56,595 bases of DNA from an uncultured Alphaproteobacteria bacterium (lineage in GTDB: Bacteria > Pseudomonadota > Alphaproteobacteria > CAAHEQ01 > UBA3637), in the NCBI GenBank assembly GCA_944392585.1, contig CALXXA010000053.1, positions 1 to 56,595 on the forward strand, written 5' to 3'. The position numbers and the translations under genes are program-made. The notes under the pieces are model-generated. The model did no database searches and was not told where the DNA came from. It saw only the letters and a program-made list of their open reading frames with translations. Each line of letters opens with the position of its first letter. Position 1 is the stretch's first letter. This document shows positions 18,299-28,233 of the stretch, piece after piece.

Positions 18299-19009
18299 AT
18301 GAGCTGTCGTGAAATTGTATGGGATACGGAAACAACAGGATTCGATCCTTTCTCCGGCGATAAGATTGTTGAAATCGGCGCCGTGGAGTTGATTAATCAC
18401 TTAAAAACAGGAAAAACTTTCCACAAATATATCAATCCTTTGCGCTCTATGAGCGAGGAAGTGATTCGTGTTCATGGATTAACAGAAGAATTTTTGTCTG
18501 ACAAGCCTATCTTTGAGGAAATTTGCAACGATTTTTTGGATTTTATCGGAACAGATTCTCATCTTGTCGCTCATAACGCCTCTTTTGATATGAAATTTAT
18601 TAATTATGAACTCCAACAAGTCGGCAAAAATCCTATTCCAGACGACCGCGTCATTGATACTCTTTTAATCGCAAAAAAGCTCTTTCCCGGAAAAAAAGTC
18701 AATCTAGACGAACTGTGTCGGCGTTTTCATATAGATAATTCCGCCAGAACCGTTCACGGCGCTCTGTTGGATGCAGAACTCTTGGCTGACGTTTATTTGG
18801 AACTCCTCGGAGGGAAAGAACCTTCCTTCCTTCTATCTCAAGAAGATTATTCTCCCTTTGATTTAACCGTCTCCTCGCAAAACAAAAAACGAGAACCTCG
18901 ACTTTTCTCCATCCCGGAAAAAGACTTGCAAAATCACTTGTCTTTTATTCATTCCATGAAAAATTCTCTCTGGCTGCAAAATGAAAAAAATGAAAAATCT
19001 CACAATTAA
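18299..19009 (+). CDS. dnaQ: DNA polymerase III epsilon subunit
   Basis: REIVWDTETTG, VAHNASFD, HGALLDAELLA.VYLEL.GG (DEDDh). Confidence 0.93.
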   Translation: MSCREIVWDTETTGFDPFSGDKIVEIGAVELINHLKTGKTFHKYINPLRSMSEEVIRVHGLTEEFLSDKPIFEEICNDFLDFIGTDSHLVAHNASFDMKFINYELQQVGKNPIPDDRVIDTLLIAKKLFPGKKVNLDELCRRFHIDNSARTVHGALLDAELLADVYLELLGGKEPSFLLSQEDYSPFDLTVSSQNKKREPRLFSIPEKDLQNHLSFIHSMKNSLWLQNEKNEKSHN

Positions 19010-19475
19010 AATCATACTCCTGTTCGGAAGCTTATTTTTTCAAACGCAACTCTCTTACGCTCAAATGATTGACGTCATGGGAAATATCGGTATCGGAAGC
19101 GTCTTAACAACACATGATATTCAAAATACAAACCGCATGAATCAACAAATGCAATCCCAAAATCTTCTTCACGCTCTTTCCATGAAAATCGCAGAAAATA
19201 TAACCTCTTACATGGGAAATTATCACAACATGCCTGATCAAAAAATCTCTGTCGGAAAAAATGTCATCACTTTAAAAGCAAATAACTCGGGACAAAATTT
19301 CTCGGCTTCCGTTCATAACGTTACTTCGTCAACTTGCCGACAACTCGTTTCTCATTATTGGGATGGCCTCGTTTCCATCTTGGTTAATAATAAAACATAT
19401 TCTCCGGCTCAAGCCCAAAAAGAAGTCAAAAACATTTGTCAAGGAAAAAACAATATTTCTCTTATATTTCAATAA
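18981..19475 (+). CDS. Secreted protein resembling a type IV pilin globular domain
   Basis: Signal peptide ending SYA-Q; degenerate MIDVMG..GI.SVL helix; C-terminal NV..STC.QL...VN...A...C...N.I.LIF two-Cys pattern. Confidence 0.5.
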   Translation: MKKMKNLTIKIILLFGSLFFQTQLSYAQMIDVMGNIGIGSVLTTHDIQNTNRMNQQMQSQNLLHALSMKIAENITSYMGNYHNMPDQKISVGKNVITLKANNSGQNFSASVHNVTSSTCRQLVSHYWDGLVSILVNNKTYSPAQAQKEVKNICQGKNNISLIFQ

Positions 19476-19520
19476 ATTAAATTAATGTTCAACAAGTTTA
19501 CAAAGAAAAAAGAGTTCTTC

Positions 19521-19715
19521 GTTCAAACACAACGGCTCACGGAAATAAGAGCCTGAAAAATCAGCGGTGATAAGCGGGCAGGGCGATGAAACTTACCTCT
19601 ATAAAATCAATATAAAGGAAGTCAATCCTATCACCAGAAATAAGCTGGGTGCGTCATCTTAATAAACGGAATATAGTCCCAAGCACACAGCAGAGATGCA
19701 TGCCGAGTGATGAAC
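19521..19715 (-). ncRNA. Unidentified multi-stem structured RNA candidate (~195 nt)
   Basis: GC-richer island with no long ORF; closing stem plus four internal stems; three mismatches become G-U wobbles only on the minus strand; U-tract follows at 19502-19512. Confidence 0.55.
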
Positions 19716-19815
19716 CTTGTTTTTTTATATAAAAGAACAAAAAACCATTCTCTTTTCCAAAAAAAAATAATTTTTTTAAAAAGAATTCTTTACAAAAAGA
19801 TATTTTTGTTTAAAA

Positions 19816-20523
19816 ATGTTTCACATGAAACAAAAAACAAATCATATTGAAACACAAAATATAAAAAATGAACTGTTTCACATGAAACAATTTTCTTTTT
19901 TATCTCAAAATACAATACATAAATTGCAAATTTATGAAAAGATGTTAAAAAAATGGCAAAATTCTATTAATCTTATTTCTAAAAATACCATTCCTTTTAT
20001 TTGGCAGAGACATTTTTTAGACTCCGCTCAACTTTATCCTTTCATTCCTTCTTCCGCAAGAAATCTCGTAGACCTTGGATCCGGCGCCGGCTTTCCAGGT
20101 CTTGTATTATCGATTATAGATCATGATCCTTTTAACAGAGACAGCCGAAAACCAACATCCGATCAAAGAACACCTCTTACCATTCACTTGGTTGAAAGCG
20201 ATAGCAGAAAAGCTTTGTTTTTAAAGGAAATCATTCGAGTTCTTTCTTTGGAAAACATAAAAGTTCTTAACGACAGAATAGAGGACCTCCCCCCTTTTGA
20301 TGCCGATGTCTTAACAGCACGCGCTTTAGCTCCTCTGCCCAAGCTTCTGGAATGGAGCCTCCCTTTTATGTCTTTAGAAAGCATTTGTCTTTTTTTAAAA
20401 GGAAATCATGTTCACGAAGAAATTGCTTCTTTAACCGAAAAATTTGATATATCTTTTTTAAATAGTTTAACTTCTCAAAACAGTTTTATTCTTCATATTC
20501 AAAGAAAAAGGCGTTCCTTATGA
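19816..20523 (+). CDS. rsmG: 16S rRNA m7G527 methyltransferase RsmG (GidB); true start may be 19882
   Basis: LKKWQNSINLIS, RHFLDS, DLGSGAGFPG, VESDSRK, ARALAPL; precedes parAB. Confidence 0.95.
   Translation: MFHMKQKTNHIETQNIKNELFHMKQFSFLSQNTIHKLQIYEKMLKKWQNSINLISKNTIPFIWQRHFLDSAQLYPFIPSSARNLVDLGSGAGFPGLVLSIIDHDPFNRDSRKPTSDQRTPLTIHLVESDSRKALFLKEIIRVLSLENIKVLNDRIEDLPPFDADVLTARALAPLPKLLEWSLPFMSLESICLFLKGNHVHEEIASLTEKFDISFLNSLTSQNSFILHIQRKRRSL
19817..19832. promoter_or_regulatory. parS: parS site
   Basis: TGTTTCACATGAAACA, 1 mismatch from TGTTTCACGTGAAACA; ~700 bp upstream of parA. Confidence 0.9.
19874..19889. promoter_or_regulatory. parS: parS site (second identical copy)
   Basis: TGTTTCACATGAAACA. 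Confidence 0.9.
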
Positions 20524-21329
20524 CAAAATCACCTCTTCAACATCAAACCCGTATTTTTTCCATTGCTAATCAAAAAGGCGGAGTCGGAAAAACAACAACG
20601 GCCGTTAATCTTGCGACGGCAGTTTCTTCCTTGAAAAAAAAAGTACTTCTCATTGATTTAGACGCTCAAGGAAACGCAACCATCAGTTTAGGCATTTCAC
20701 GTCAAGGAAAAAATCATAATTCTTACACCGTTCTCACAGGACAAGACTCTATTCAAAACGCAATCGTTCAAACATCTATCCCTTACTTATCTGTTTTACC
20801 TTCTGCAAAAGAACTCCTCGGATTGGATATTGAACTCGCTCATATTCCAAAACCTCAATTTTTCTTAAAAAACGCTCTTTGCGCTCCGGAATTAAATATA
20901 GACTATGTTTTTATTGATTGCCCTCCGGCCGTTGGATTAACAACAGTCAACGCTTTAACAGCCTCTCATGCCATCATAGTCCCTATCCAATGCGAATACT
21001 TAGCTTTGGAAGGCGTTGCAGATCTCATCAAAACAATCGAACGCGTACGTAAAAACTTTAATTCCTCTCTTGACTTACACGGCGTTCTTTTGACCATGTT
21101 CGACAACAGAAGCCGATTGTCTTCCTCTGTGGCCGATGATGTCCGCCGCTTTTTCGGAGATAAAGTCTATCAATCCGTCATTCCCAGAAACGTACGTATC
21201 CCCGAAGCCCCTTCTCACGGAAAACCCGTTCTCTTGTATGATTGGAAATGCGCCGGCTCTCAAGCTTATATCCGCTTGGCCGCAGAATTCTTAAAAAAAG
21301 AAAAGGAGTCTTTAAAAAATGAACACTAA
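20520..21329 (+). CDS. parA: Chromosome partitioning ATPase ParA
   Basis: NQKGGVGKTT, DLDAQGNAT, DCPP, QCEYLALEG, PRNVRIPEAPSHG. Confidence 0.96.
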   Translation: MTKSPLQHQTRIFSIANQKGGVGKTTTAVNLATAVSSLKKKVLLIDLDAQGNATISLGISRQGKNHNSYTVLTGQDSIQNAIVQTSIPYLSVLPSAKELLGLDIELAHIPKPQFFLKNALCAPELNIDYVFIDCPPAVGLTTVNALTASHAIIVPIQCEYLALEGVADLIKTIERVRKNFNSSLDLHGVLLTMFDNRSRLSSSVADDVRRFFGDKVYQSVIPRNVRIPEAPSHGKPVLLYDWKCAGSQAYIRLAAEFLKKEKESLKNEH

Positions 21330-22218
21330 AATTGGTCTCGGTAAAGGTCTATCCGCTATCATGGGTGAAATAGATGAAGCAAGCTCTATTATCCCGTCTT
21401 CTGATAAAAATAAAAACGCCATAGAGTTTATTGATTTAGAAAAATTATATCCCGGAAAATTTCAACCACGACAAAACTTTAAACCAGAAGATTTAGCGGA
21501 TCTTGTCTCTTCCATTAAAACAAAAGGCGTTTTACAGCCTCTTCTCGTGCGTTTACGACCGGGAGCTTTAGATACTTATGAAATTATCGCCGGAGAAAGA
21601 AGATGGCGCGCTTGTAAAGAAGCCGGATTACAACAAGTTCCCGTTATTATTAAACACTTTTCCGATCAAGAAACTTTAGAAGTCGCTTTGATTGAAAATC
21701 TACAACGACAAGATTTAAACCCCTTAGAAGAAGCACTTGCATATTCAAGATTGCTGCAAGAATTTCATCATACTCAAGAAGCACTCGCTTCCGCCGTCGG
21801 AAAAAGCAGATCTCATGTGGCTAATATGATCCGATTACTCGAACTTCCGGAAACAGTGAAAGAGTATCTTCAAAACGGTTCTTTATCCGTCGGACACGCT
21901 CGCGCTTTGCTCAATTCACAACATCCTGAAAAATTAGCAAAAAAAGTCATAGATCAATCTCTCAACGTACGCCAAACAGAACACTTGGCCATGACAGAAG
22001 GACAAAAAAAACCAAGAACTGTTAAAACAATCCCCGTCTCAGGACGAAAAGATAGTGATATTATGGCTTTGGAAGCTGAATTATCTTCACTGCTGAAAAC
22101 AAACGTTTCCATCAAATGGACCGGCAGAAACGGCAAAATAACTATTGAATGCAATGACTTAGATAAATTAGACCAGATATTACAAAGATTAACCTCAGGT
22201 GGACAAATCAATGAATAA
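21319..22218 (+). CDS. parB: Chromosome partitioning protein ParB
   Basis: GLGKGLSA, QPR, IIAGERRWRA, ENLQRQDLNPLEEA, GKSRSHVAN. Confidence 0.96.
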   Translation: MNTKIGLGKGLSAIMGEIDEASSIIPSSDKNKNAIEFIDLEKLYPGKFQPRQNFKPEDLADLVSSIKTKGVLQPLLVRLRPGALDTYEIIAGERRWRACKEAGLQQVPVIIKHFSDQETLEVALIENLQRQDLNPLEEALAYSRLLQEFHHTQEALASAVGKSRSHVANMIRLLELPETVKEYLQNGSLSVGHARALLNSQHPEKLAKKVIDQSLNVRQTEHLAMTEGQKKPRTVKTIPVSGRKDSDIMALEAELSSLLKTNVSIKWTGRNGKITIECNDLDKLDQILQRLTSGGQINE

Positions 22219-22368
22219 ACAAATTTCTTATTGAAAGTCTTAGCTTCTTCATGGAATTTTTTGTTGCTTCAAACTTTTGATTTTGATGTTTCAAACGCTT
22301 TAAAAAATTTCAACTTTTATTCTATTTTTTCTTTTATTTTCAATAAGATATTTAATTATCGTTTTTTT

Positions 22369-22629
22369 TTAACAACCGGCATGTTTGCATTGTCCGTTTT
22401 CATACCACTCGTCACATTGAAGAATCTCACACGACGGTTGACATATTCCTGTTAAACACTGCCCGTTTTCATACCACTTATTACATAAAAAAGAAGAGCA
22501 TGTTTCACAAGTCGTTTGTTGACACTGTCCGTTTTCATACCACCTTATACAAGTCGGAAAAGCACATGTTTGAGCCTTTACGGAAAAAAACATCATCCCT
22601 AATCCAAAAATAAATAAATACTTTTTCAT
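22369..22629 (-). CDS. Secreted Cys-rich repeat mini-protein (3 x C-x4-C-x2-WYENGQC-x4-C)
   Basis: GAGG RBS, signal peptide MKKYLFIFGLGMMFFSVKA; 12 Cys in the mature part. Confidence 0.75.
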   Translation of the reverse strand: MKKYLFIFGLGMMFFSVKAQTCAFPTCIRWYENGQCQQTTCETCSSFLCNKWYENGQCLTGICQPSCEILQCDEWYENGQCKHAGC

Positions 22630-22703
22630 AAAACCTCTCAATCTCATCAAGAAATAATGCTCAAAAAAAACAGCTTCAACCTGTACTTTAGTATGAGCTC
22701 TTT

Positions 22704-23300
22704 TCAAAAACCTTCTTTTTTCAAAAAAGCACTCAATTCGTTGATGGGTAATCCTTGAATGGAAGCTATATTTCCTTCCACTCTATCAAAAAGATCAATA
22801 TGATCTTCTATTTTTATCCCGCCTAAACACCCTATAACATTTTCACCTTCTTCTTTTAGGTAAGCATTTATTTCTTCCGTAGTCATTTTTTTTAATGTTA
22901 GCTTATTTTCATCTACTTGAAACCAAATGATTTTATTCGCTTTCATCACAACCGCCGCCGTTATTAAAATCTGTTGTTTCCCATTTAAAAATCGTAAAGT
23001 TTCGTAAACATCTTCTATTTTTTGAGGCTTATTCAATTGACGCTTTTCACATTCTATCATCTGATCACAACCTATCACGTAATCAGAAGGATATAAGGTG
23101 CTGATTTCTCCAGCTTTTGCTATCGCCAACAAAACCGCTATCGTAGAACTATTTGTATGTGCGTGACTTTCTTTAATCCGCCGCTCGTCAACACAAGACG
23201 GACATACTTGAAACGTATATCCAGCCTTTTTTAATAAACTTTGCCTTGTTGCGCTCCCAGAAGCTAAAATAAGATGTGGATATTGTGGATAACTCGGCAT
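22704..23300 (-). CDS. maf: Maf family nucleotide pyrophosphatase
   Basis: LILASGS..R..LL, VDE, KA, VIGCDQ, KP, IQGLP. Confidence 0.9.
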   Translation of the reverse strand: MPSYPQYPHLILASGSATRQSLLKKAGYTFQVCPSCVDERRIKESHAHTNSSTIAVLLAIAKAGEISTLYPSDYVIGCDQMIECEKRQLNKPQKIEDVYETLRFLNGKQQILITAAVVMKANKIIWFQVDENKLTLKKMTTEEINAYLKEEGENVIGCLGGIKIEDHIDLFDRVEGNIASIQGLPINELSAFLKKEGF

Positions 23301-23565
23301 TTTTTCAATTTTTTCCCTTTTTTATCCACACAACGCACATTTCATTCCCGTTTTTATTCACATATAAAAAAATTTTTTAACCTGTCTGTGCATCATGTGA
23401 ATCATTATTCTTTTAACCACTATATCCTTCCCAAAATCAAAAAGCAAGTTGTGGATAAAATTGTGCTTACATGTTGAATAAAATTGTGTCCACATTATGC
23501 ACAGGGATATACTACTACTACTATATTTATATATATTATTAGTAGGAGAAAGAGTTTGTGGATAA
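23275..23565. other. oriC: Chromosomal replication origin oriC
   Basis: Perfect DnaA boxes at 23284-23292, 23322-23330, 23450-23458, 23557-23565; near-matches at 23275, 23354, 23387, 23396, 23486, 23495; GGG spacer then (ACT)n DnaA-trios at 23511-23524 and an AT-rich stretch; close to parAB/parS and maf. Confidence 0.9.
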
Positions 23566-23566
23566 A

Positions 23567-25015
23567 TTAGATGACAATGGGAAAAGAAACCGTAAAAGTC
23601 GTTCCTTCCTTCGGAGAGCTTTGAATATCCATCAAAGCATCGTATTGTTTTAAAATTTCAGAAGTAATCGATAGTCCTAATCCCGTTCCCGAAATAGATT
23701 TTCCTTTTTGTTCTATACGAAAGAAACGTTCGCAAAGACGAGAAATATATTCTTCTTTAATGGGATTTCCTTTGTTGTGAACAGAAACGTTCATCCACTG
23801 TAAAGGCGTTTGTATGGTCTTACCGCTTTTATCCGAGACAAAAGAAGTTCCTTTTTCCAAAAACACAGAAACCGTAATGATACTATGACGACGACCATAC
23901 TTAATCGCGTTGTCAATTAAATTTTGAAACACACGAAAAAAATCTGCTGAACGACCTTTTATCGGCGGCGTTTCATGAATGATTTTTAAATCAATTTTCT
24001 TTTGATGAGTTTGCGCTTTCGGCGTAAGTTCTTGTATGACGGTTTTTAAAATTTCAGAAATGAATACGGTTTCTCTTTTTGAACTTTCTTCATTGAGCTG
24101 CAATCTTGATAAAGCCAATAAATCTTGAACTAAATCCGTCATGTGTTTTGTTTGAGATGACATGATTTGTAAAAAATTATTTCGTGCTTTTTCATCATCT
24201 TTAGCCGGTCCTTGTAAAGTTTCTATGGATCCGGATAAGACCGATAAAGGTGTTTTAAGCTCATGACTTGCGTTTGCAAAAAAAGCCGTTTGACTTTTTT
24301 CAAAAATTTTAAAAGCCGTCACATCTTGTAAAACAATCACAGCGATAGCTCCGTTTTTTGTCATGTCAGGAAGCTTTTCAATTAAGGCTTTTAAAAAAAT
24401 AGTTTTCTTCATTTTCTTGAAAATAATTTCATCAGTCTCTTTTTCCGAAATGCCTGTCAAGACGGCTTTCGTTTTGTGTAATAAAGAAGATTTGGTGAAA
24501 ATATCTTCTAATTTTTTAAAAATAATGCCGCCGCCCAGCATTTGTCTCGCCGCTAAATTGGCATTGACAATCATACTTTCTTTGTTAATCATAATCAAAG
24601 AATCCGGCAGATTTTCCAATATGGCTCCGTCCGAGAGCGTTTGCGCTTCTAATATCTTGTTCTTAATGAGTAAAGACATTTTTATTTGATTAAATGATTC
24701 AAATATTTTAAAAATCTCTCGCCTTCGGCTGAAAAATTTCGTTTCTTGAGAGGAAGTATCTCCGGTGGCTTCCGATTTCAAATACCTGACAAGTCTTTCT
24801 AACTCCTTGAAAAAAGGCCTCGCTAAAAAAAACGTCAATATAAAAGCCATACAAAATCCAAATAAAGCCGCCGTCCATTTAAGAGCATCAAAAATGACCA
24901 GTAAAGTAAGAGAAATTCCAGTCGGAAAAGTAAATAAAAGTATTCTGTCAAATGACATAAATACAAATTCTTTTGTATTTTTTTTCTTTTTTCTCATTTT
25001 TTTATTTCGCATCAT
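23567..25015 (-). CDS. phoR: Sensor histidine kinase, PhoR-like (start uncertain: 25015, 24997 or 24958)
   Basis: 2 TM, PAS-like region, [14 protein letters not shown]-box, [18 protein letters not shown]. Confidence 0.75.
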   Translation of the reverse strand: MMRNKKMRKKKKNTKEFVFMSFDRILLFTFPTGISLTLLVIFDALKWTAALFGFCMAFILTFFLARPFFKELERLVRYLKSEATGDTSSQETKFFSRRREIFKIFESFNQIKMSLLIKNKILEAQTLSDGAILENLPDSLIMINKESMIVNANLAARQMLGGGIIFKKLEDIFTKSSLLHKTKAVLTGISEKETDEIIFKKMKKTIFLKALIEKLPDMTKNGAIAVIVLQDVTAFKIFEKSQTAFFANASHELKTPLSVLSGSIETLQGPAKDDEKARNNFLQIMSSQTKHMTDLVQDLLALSRLQLNEESSKRETVFISEILKTVIQELTPKAQTHQKKIDLKIIHETPPIKGRSADFFRVFQNLIDNAIKYGRRHSIITVSVFLEKGTSFVSDKSGKTIQTPLQWMNVSVHNKGNPIKEEYISRLCERFFRIEQKGKSISGTGLGLSITSEILKQYDALMDIQSSPKEGTTFTVSFPIVI

Positions 25016-25056
25016 TTTTATTGATTTTTTATTTTTTTTATTTTAGGATACCTCTC

Positions 25057-27696
25057 ATGATAAATCAAACTGAAAAAGAAAATAAAACACATAAAATAAC
25101 GCCTATGATGGCTCAATATCTCAAAACAAAACAAGAATATTCCGATTATTTGTTGTTTTATAGAATGGGAGATTTCTACGAGATGTTCTTTGATGATGCC
25201 GTCATCGCCTCCAAAGTGTTGGATATTAACTTAACAAAAAGAGGAAAACATTTGGGAGAAGATATTCCTATGTGCGGCGTTCCTTTCCATGCTTATGAAA
25301 GTTACTTGGCTCGACTGGTCAAATCAGGATATAAAGTCGCCATCTGTGAGCAAATGGAAACACCGGAAGAAGCTAAAAAAAGAGGATCTTCTTCTTGCGT
25401 TAAAAGAGACGTAATCAGAATTGTTACTTCCGGAACATTAACTGAAGATACTCTTTTGGAATCGGATAAGCATAATTACTTGTTGGTTGTTTTTCAAGAC
25501 GCTACTCACGTCGGTTTGGCATGGGCCGATATGTCTACCGGAGACTTTTATACTCAATCAATTCTTCCCGGAAACTTAATGTCCGTACTGGAAAGATTAA
25601 ATCCAGGTGAAATTATCGTTCCGGATAATTTAGATCAAAATGAAGAATTAAAAACACCTTTGGATGAATACAGATATATTACAACAACTCTTTCTAATGT
25701 GCGTTTTTCCTATATGAACAGTAAAGAACGTTTGGAAAAAACATTCCATGTTTTTACAATGGATTCTTTTGGATCCTTTACACGCGCTGAAATTACGGCA
25801 GCAGGAACTTTGTTGGATTATATTTTCCTGACGCAAAAAGGAGTTTTTCCTAACCTGAAACAACCTCTGCGTTTAAACGAGGAACGATTAATGGGAATAG
25901 ACGCGACAACAAGACGCAGCTTGGAGTTGTTTAAGTCTTTGTCCGGAGATAAAAAAGGTAAAAGTTTGTTCCAAGTGATGAACAAAACAACGACTCACGC
26001 CGGAGCAAGACTTCTCGCAGAGTTTTTATCTGCTCCCATCAAAGATGTGGATGAAATTAATTCTCGTTTGGAATGTGTGAGTTTCTTTGTCCATGAAAAT
26101 GAAATTCGTCAAAAGCTCAGAGATATTTTAAAAGAACTACCTGATATGGACAGAGCTTTATCCCGCCTCTTGATTGGACGCGGCGGACCTAAAGATATGG
26201 CTATTGTGCGTGATACCTTAAAAATCATACCTAACCTTCGTTTGTTGTTCGCTCACGCGATTGTTCCGGAAACATTAATTTTTTACATGTCCGAAATGGG
26301 ATTTCAAGATGAGTTGGTAGATACTTTACAACAAGCCTTGCGTTGGGAGTTGCCTATTTCGACAAAAGAGGGTAATTTTATCTCAAAAGGATATAATAAA
26401 GGGTTGGATGAACTCAGATATCTTAAAGAGCATTCTCGAAAAGTTTTGGCTGATTTGCAAGTCAGATATATTCAAAAAACGGATATTTCTTCCTTAAAAA
26501 TCACGTATAACAATATCTTGGGGTATTTTATAGAAGTTCCCGCTCGTTTTTTTGCTAAAATGTCTCAACCGGAAATGAACTTTATTCATCGCCAAACATT
26601 GGCGACAACCGTACGCTTTACTTCGGAAGATTTAATGAATTTGGAAAAAAGCTTGTCCGAAGCGGAAGAACAAATGTTGGCCATAGAATTACGCTTGTTT
26701 AATGATTTATTGGATATGATTAAAGCTCGCATAGAAAACATTCGGCGAGCAAGTTACGCATTATCTTTTTTTGATGTTGTTTCTGCTTTGGGAGAGCTTG
26801 CCGTTCAAAATAATTATTGCCGTCCGACGATTGACGCTTCATTGGCGTTTGATATACAAAAAGGACGTCACCCCGTTGTTGAAGAAGCTTTAAAAGAACA
26901 GCAAACGTCTTTTTCTGCAAATAATTGTTCTTTGGAAGGTGAAACGGGACGGCTGTGGTTGTTAACAGGACCTAATATGGCCGGGAAAAGCACTTTTTTA
27001 AGACAAAACGCTTTAATAGCTATTATGGCTCAAATGGGTTCATTTGTTCCGGCTCAGTCGGCTCATATAGGCATTGTAGATAAAGTCTTTTCTCGCGTCG
27101 GCGCGTCGGATGACTTGGCCAGAGGTCAATCTACTTTTATGGTCGAAATGGTTGAAACAGCATCTATATTAAATCAATCCACAGATAAATCTTTGGTGAT
27201 TTTAGACGAAATAGGACGCGGAACGGCGACTTTTGATGGTTTATCCATCGCGTGGGCCGTTGTAGAATACTTGCATGATAAAATTCAATGCAGAACAATT
27301 TTTGCTACTCATTACCATGAGCTGACGGCTTTAAAAGAACAACTTAAAAATTTATCTTTACATACAATGATGATTAAAGAATGGAATGATGAAGTTGTGT
27401 TTTTACATACGGTCGCAGACGGAGCTGTGGATAAATCTTACGGCATTCATGTCGGAAAATTAGCCGGGTTGCCTCAAGCCGTCGTTAAACGCGCTGAACA
27501 AATCTTACAATCTTTGGAAAATGAAAAAAAGAAAAATCAATCCATCACAGATGATTTACCGCTTTTTTCCTGCGTTTTAGAAAAAGAAGAACCTGAACTT
27601 TCTCCTCTTCAACAAGAGCTCATGTTTGTTAATCCGGATAATTTATCTCCTAAAGAAGCTTTAGATGTTTTATATCGTTTGAAAAAATTAACTTAA
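25057..27696 (+). CDS. mutS: DNA mismatch repair protein MutS
   Basis: [51 protein letters not shown]. Confidence 0.97.
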   Translation: MINQTEKENKTHKITPMMAQYLKTKQEYSDYLLFYRMGDFYEMFFDDAVIASKVLDINLTKRGKHLGEDIPMCGVPFHAYESYLARLVKSGYKVAICEQMETPEEAKKRGSSSCVKRDVIRIVTSGTLTEDTLLESDKHNYLLVVFQDATHVGLAWADMSTGDFYTQSILPGNLMSVLERLNPGEIIVPDNLDQNEELKTPLDEYRYITTTLSNVRFSYMNSKERLEKTFHVFTMDSFGSFTRAEITAAGTLLDYIFLTQKGVFPNLKQPLRLNEERLMGIDATTRRSLELFKSLSGDKKGKSLFQVMNKTTTHAGARLLAEFLSAPIKDVDEINSRLECVSFFVHENEIRQKLRDILKELPDMDRALSRLLIGRGGPKDMAIVRDTLKIIPNLRLLFAHAIVPETLIFYMSEMGFQDELVDTLQQALRWELPISTKEGNFISKGYNKGLDELRYLKEHSRKVLADLQVRYIQKTDISSLKITYNNILGYFIEVPARFFAKMSQPEMNFIHRQTLATTVRFTSEDLMNLEKSLSEAEEQMLAIELRLFNDLLDMIKARIENIRRASYALSFFDVVSALGELAVQNNYCRPTIDASLAFDIQKGRHPVVEEALKEQQTSFSANNCSLEGETGRLWLLTGPNMAGKSTFLRQNALIAIMAQMGSFVPAQSAHIGIVDKVFSRVGASDDLARGQSTFMVEMVETASILNQSTDKSLVILDEIGRGTATFDGLSIAWAVVEYLHDKIQCRTIFATHYHELTALKEQLKNLSLHTMMIKEWNDEVVFLHTVADGAVDKSYGIHVGKLAGLPQAVVKRAEQILQSLENEKKKNQSITDDLPLFSCVLEKEEPELSPLQQELMFVNPDNLSPKEALDVLYRLKKLT

Positions 27697-27702
27697 ATAA
27701 AC

Positions 27703-28110
27703 TTACTGTTTATTTTTGTAGCGATGGAAAATATAAAAAAACGTCAATAAAATCGAAAAAAGTAAAAACGAAATAAAAAGACGGCCGTACATAAAAGAAC
27801 CTGTCGAAAAAATAGTGAAAAATGAATATCTTTCCAAATAAAGACTAAGCTTTTTAACCCACTCCGGCGTATAAATAAACATAAACAGCAAACTTCCAAA
27901 GTAAACGCTTATGGAAACTTCAAAAGATTGATAAATAAATAAAGTCAATTCTTTTTGGCTGATAAAGCGCAGGAGTATAATTATACAGCCCAATGCCGAA
28001 AGAATAAAAAGACTGGCAACCGAGAAAAAAACACATAACGTTCCTAGAAAAAATAAAAAAAACAGAAAAAAAATTTTGAAGTGATTCTTTATAAACAACG
28101 GTAACGACAT
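27703..28110 (-). CDS. Hypothetical membrane protein
   Basis: 135 aa, ~4 hydrophobic segments; only long ORF in the gap. Confidence 0.55.
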   Translation of the reverse strand: MSLPLFIKNHFKIFFLFFLFFLGTLCVFFSVASLFILSALGCIIILLRFISQKELTLFIYQSFEVSISVYFGSLLFMFIYTPEWVKKLSLYLERYSFFTIFSTGSFMYGRLFISFLLFSILLTFFYIFHRYKNKQ

Positions 28111-28233
28111 ATTTGACTCTCTTTTTTAACTTCTTTAAAAGATGGAACTTTTTAAGATATTCGTCAACTATAAAACAACATATTTTATAAAATCCTCTTT
28201 TTATATAAAGGTATATAAAAAAAGGCGTCTATT

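Noticed and set aside
19558-19700. Group I intron-like words (AATCAGC, ATATAGTCC), RNase P type B-like GCAC...GAGATGC, and TPP-like GGGTGC/GAGA/TGAACC
   Set aside because: The required partners are missing (no GACTA for P7, no P4 pairing, no TPP P5), and the wobble pattern favours the opposite strand.
22369-22545. TTTCATACCAC repeats as a CRISPR array
   Set aside because: Only three short units, fully explained by the coding WYENG repeat; no cas genes.
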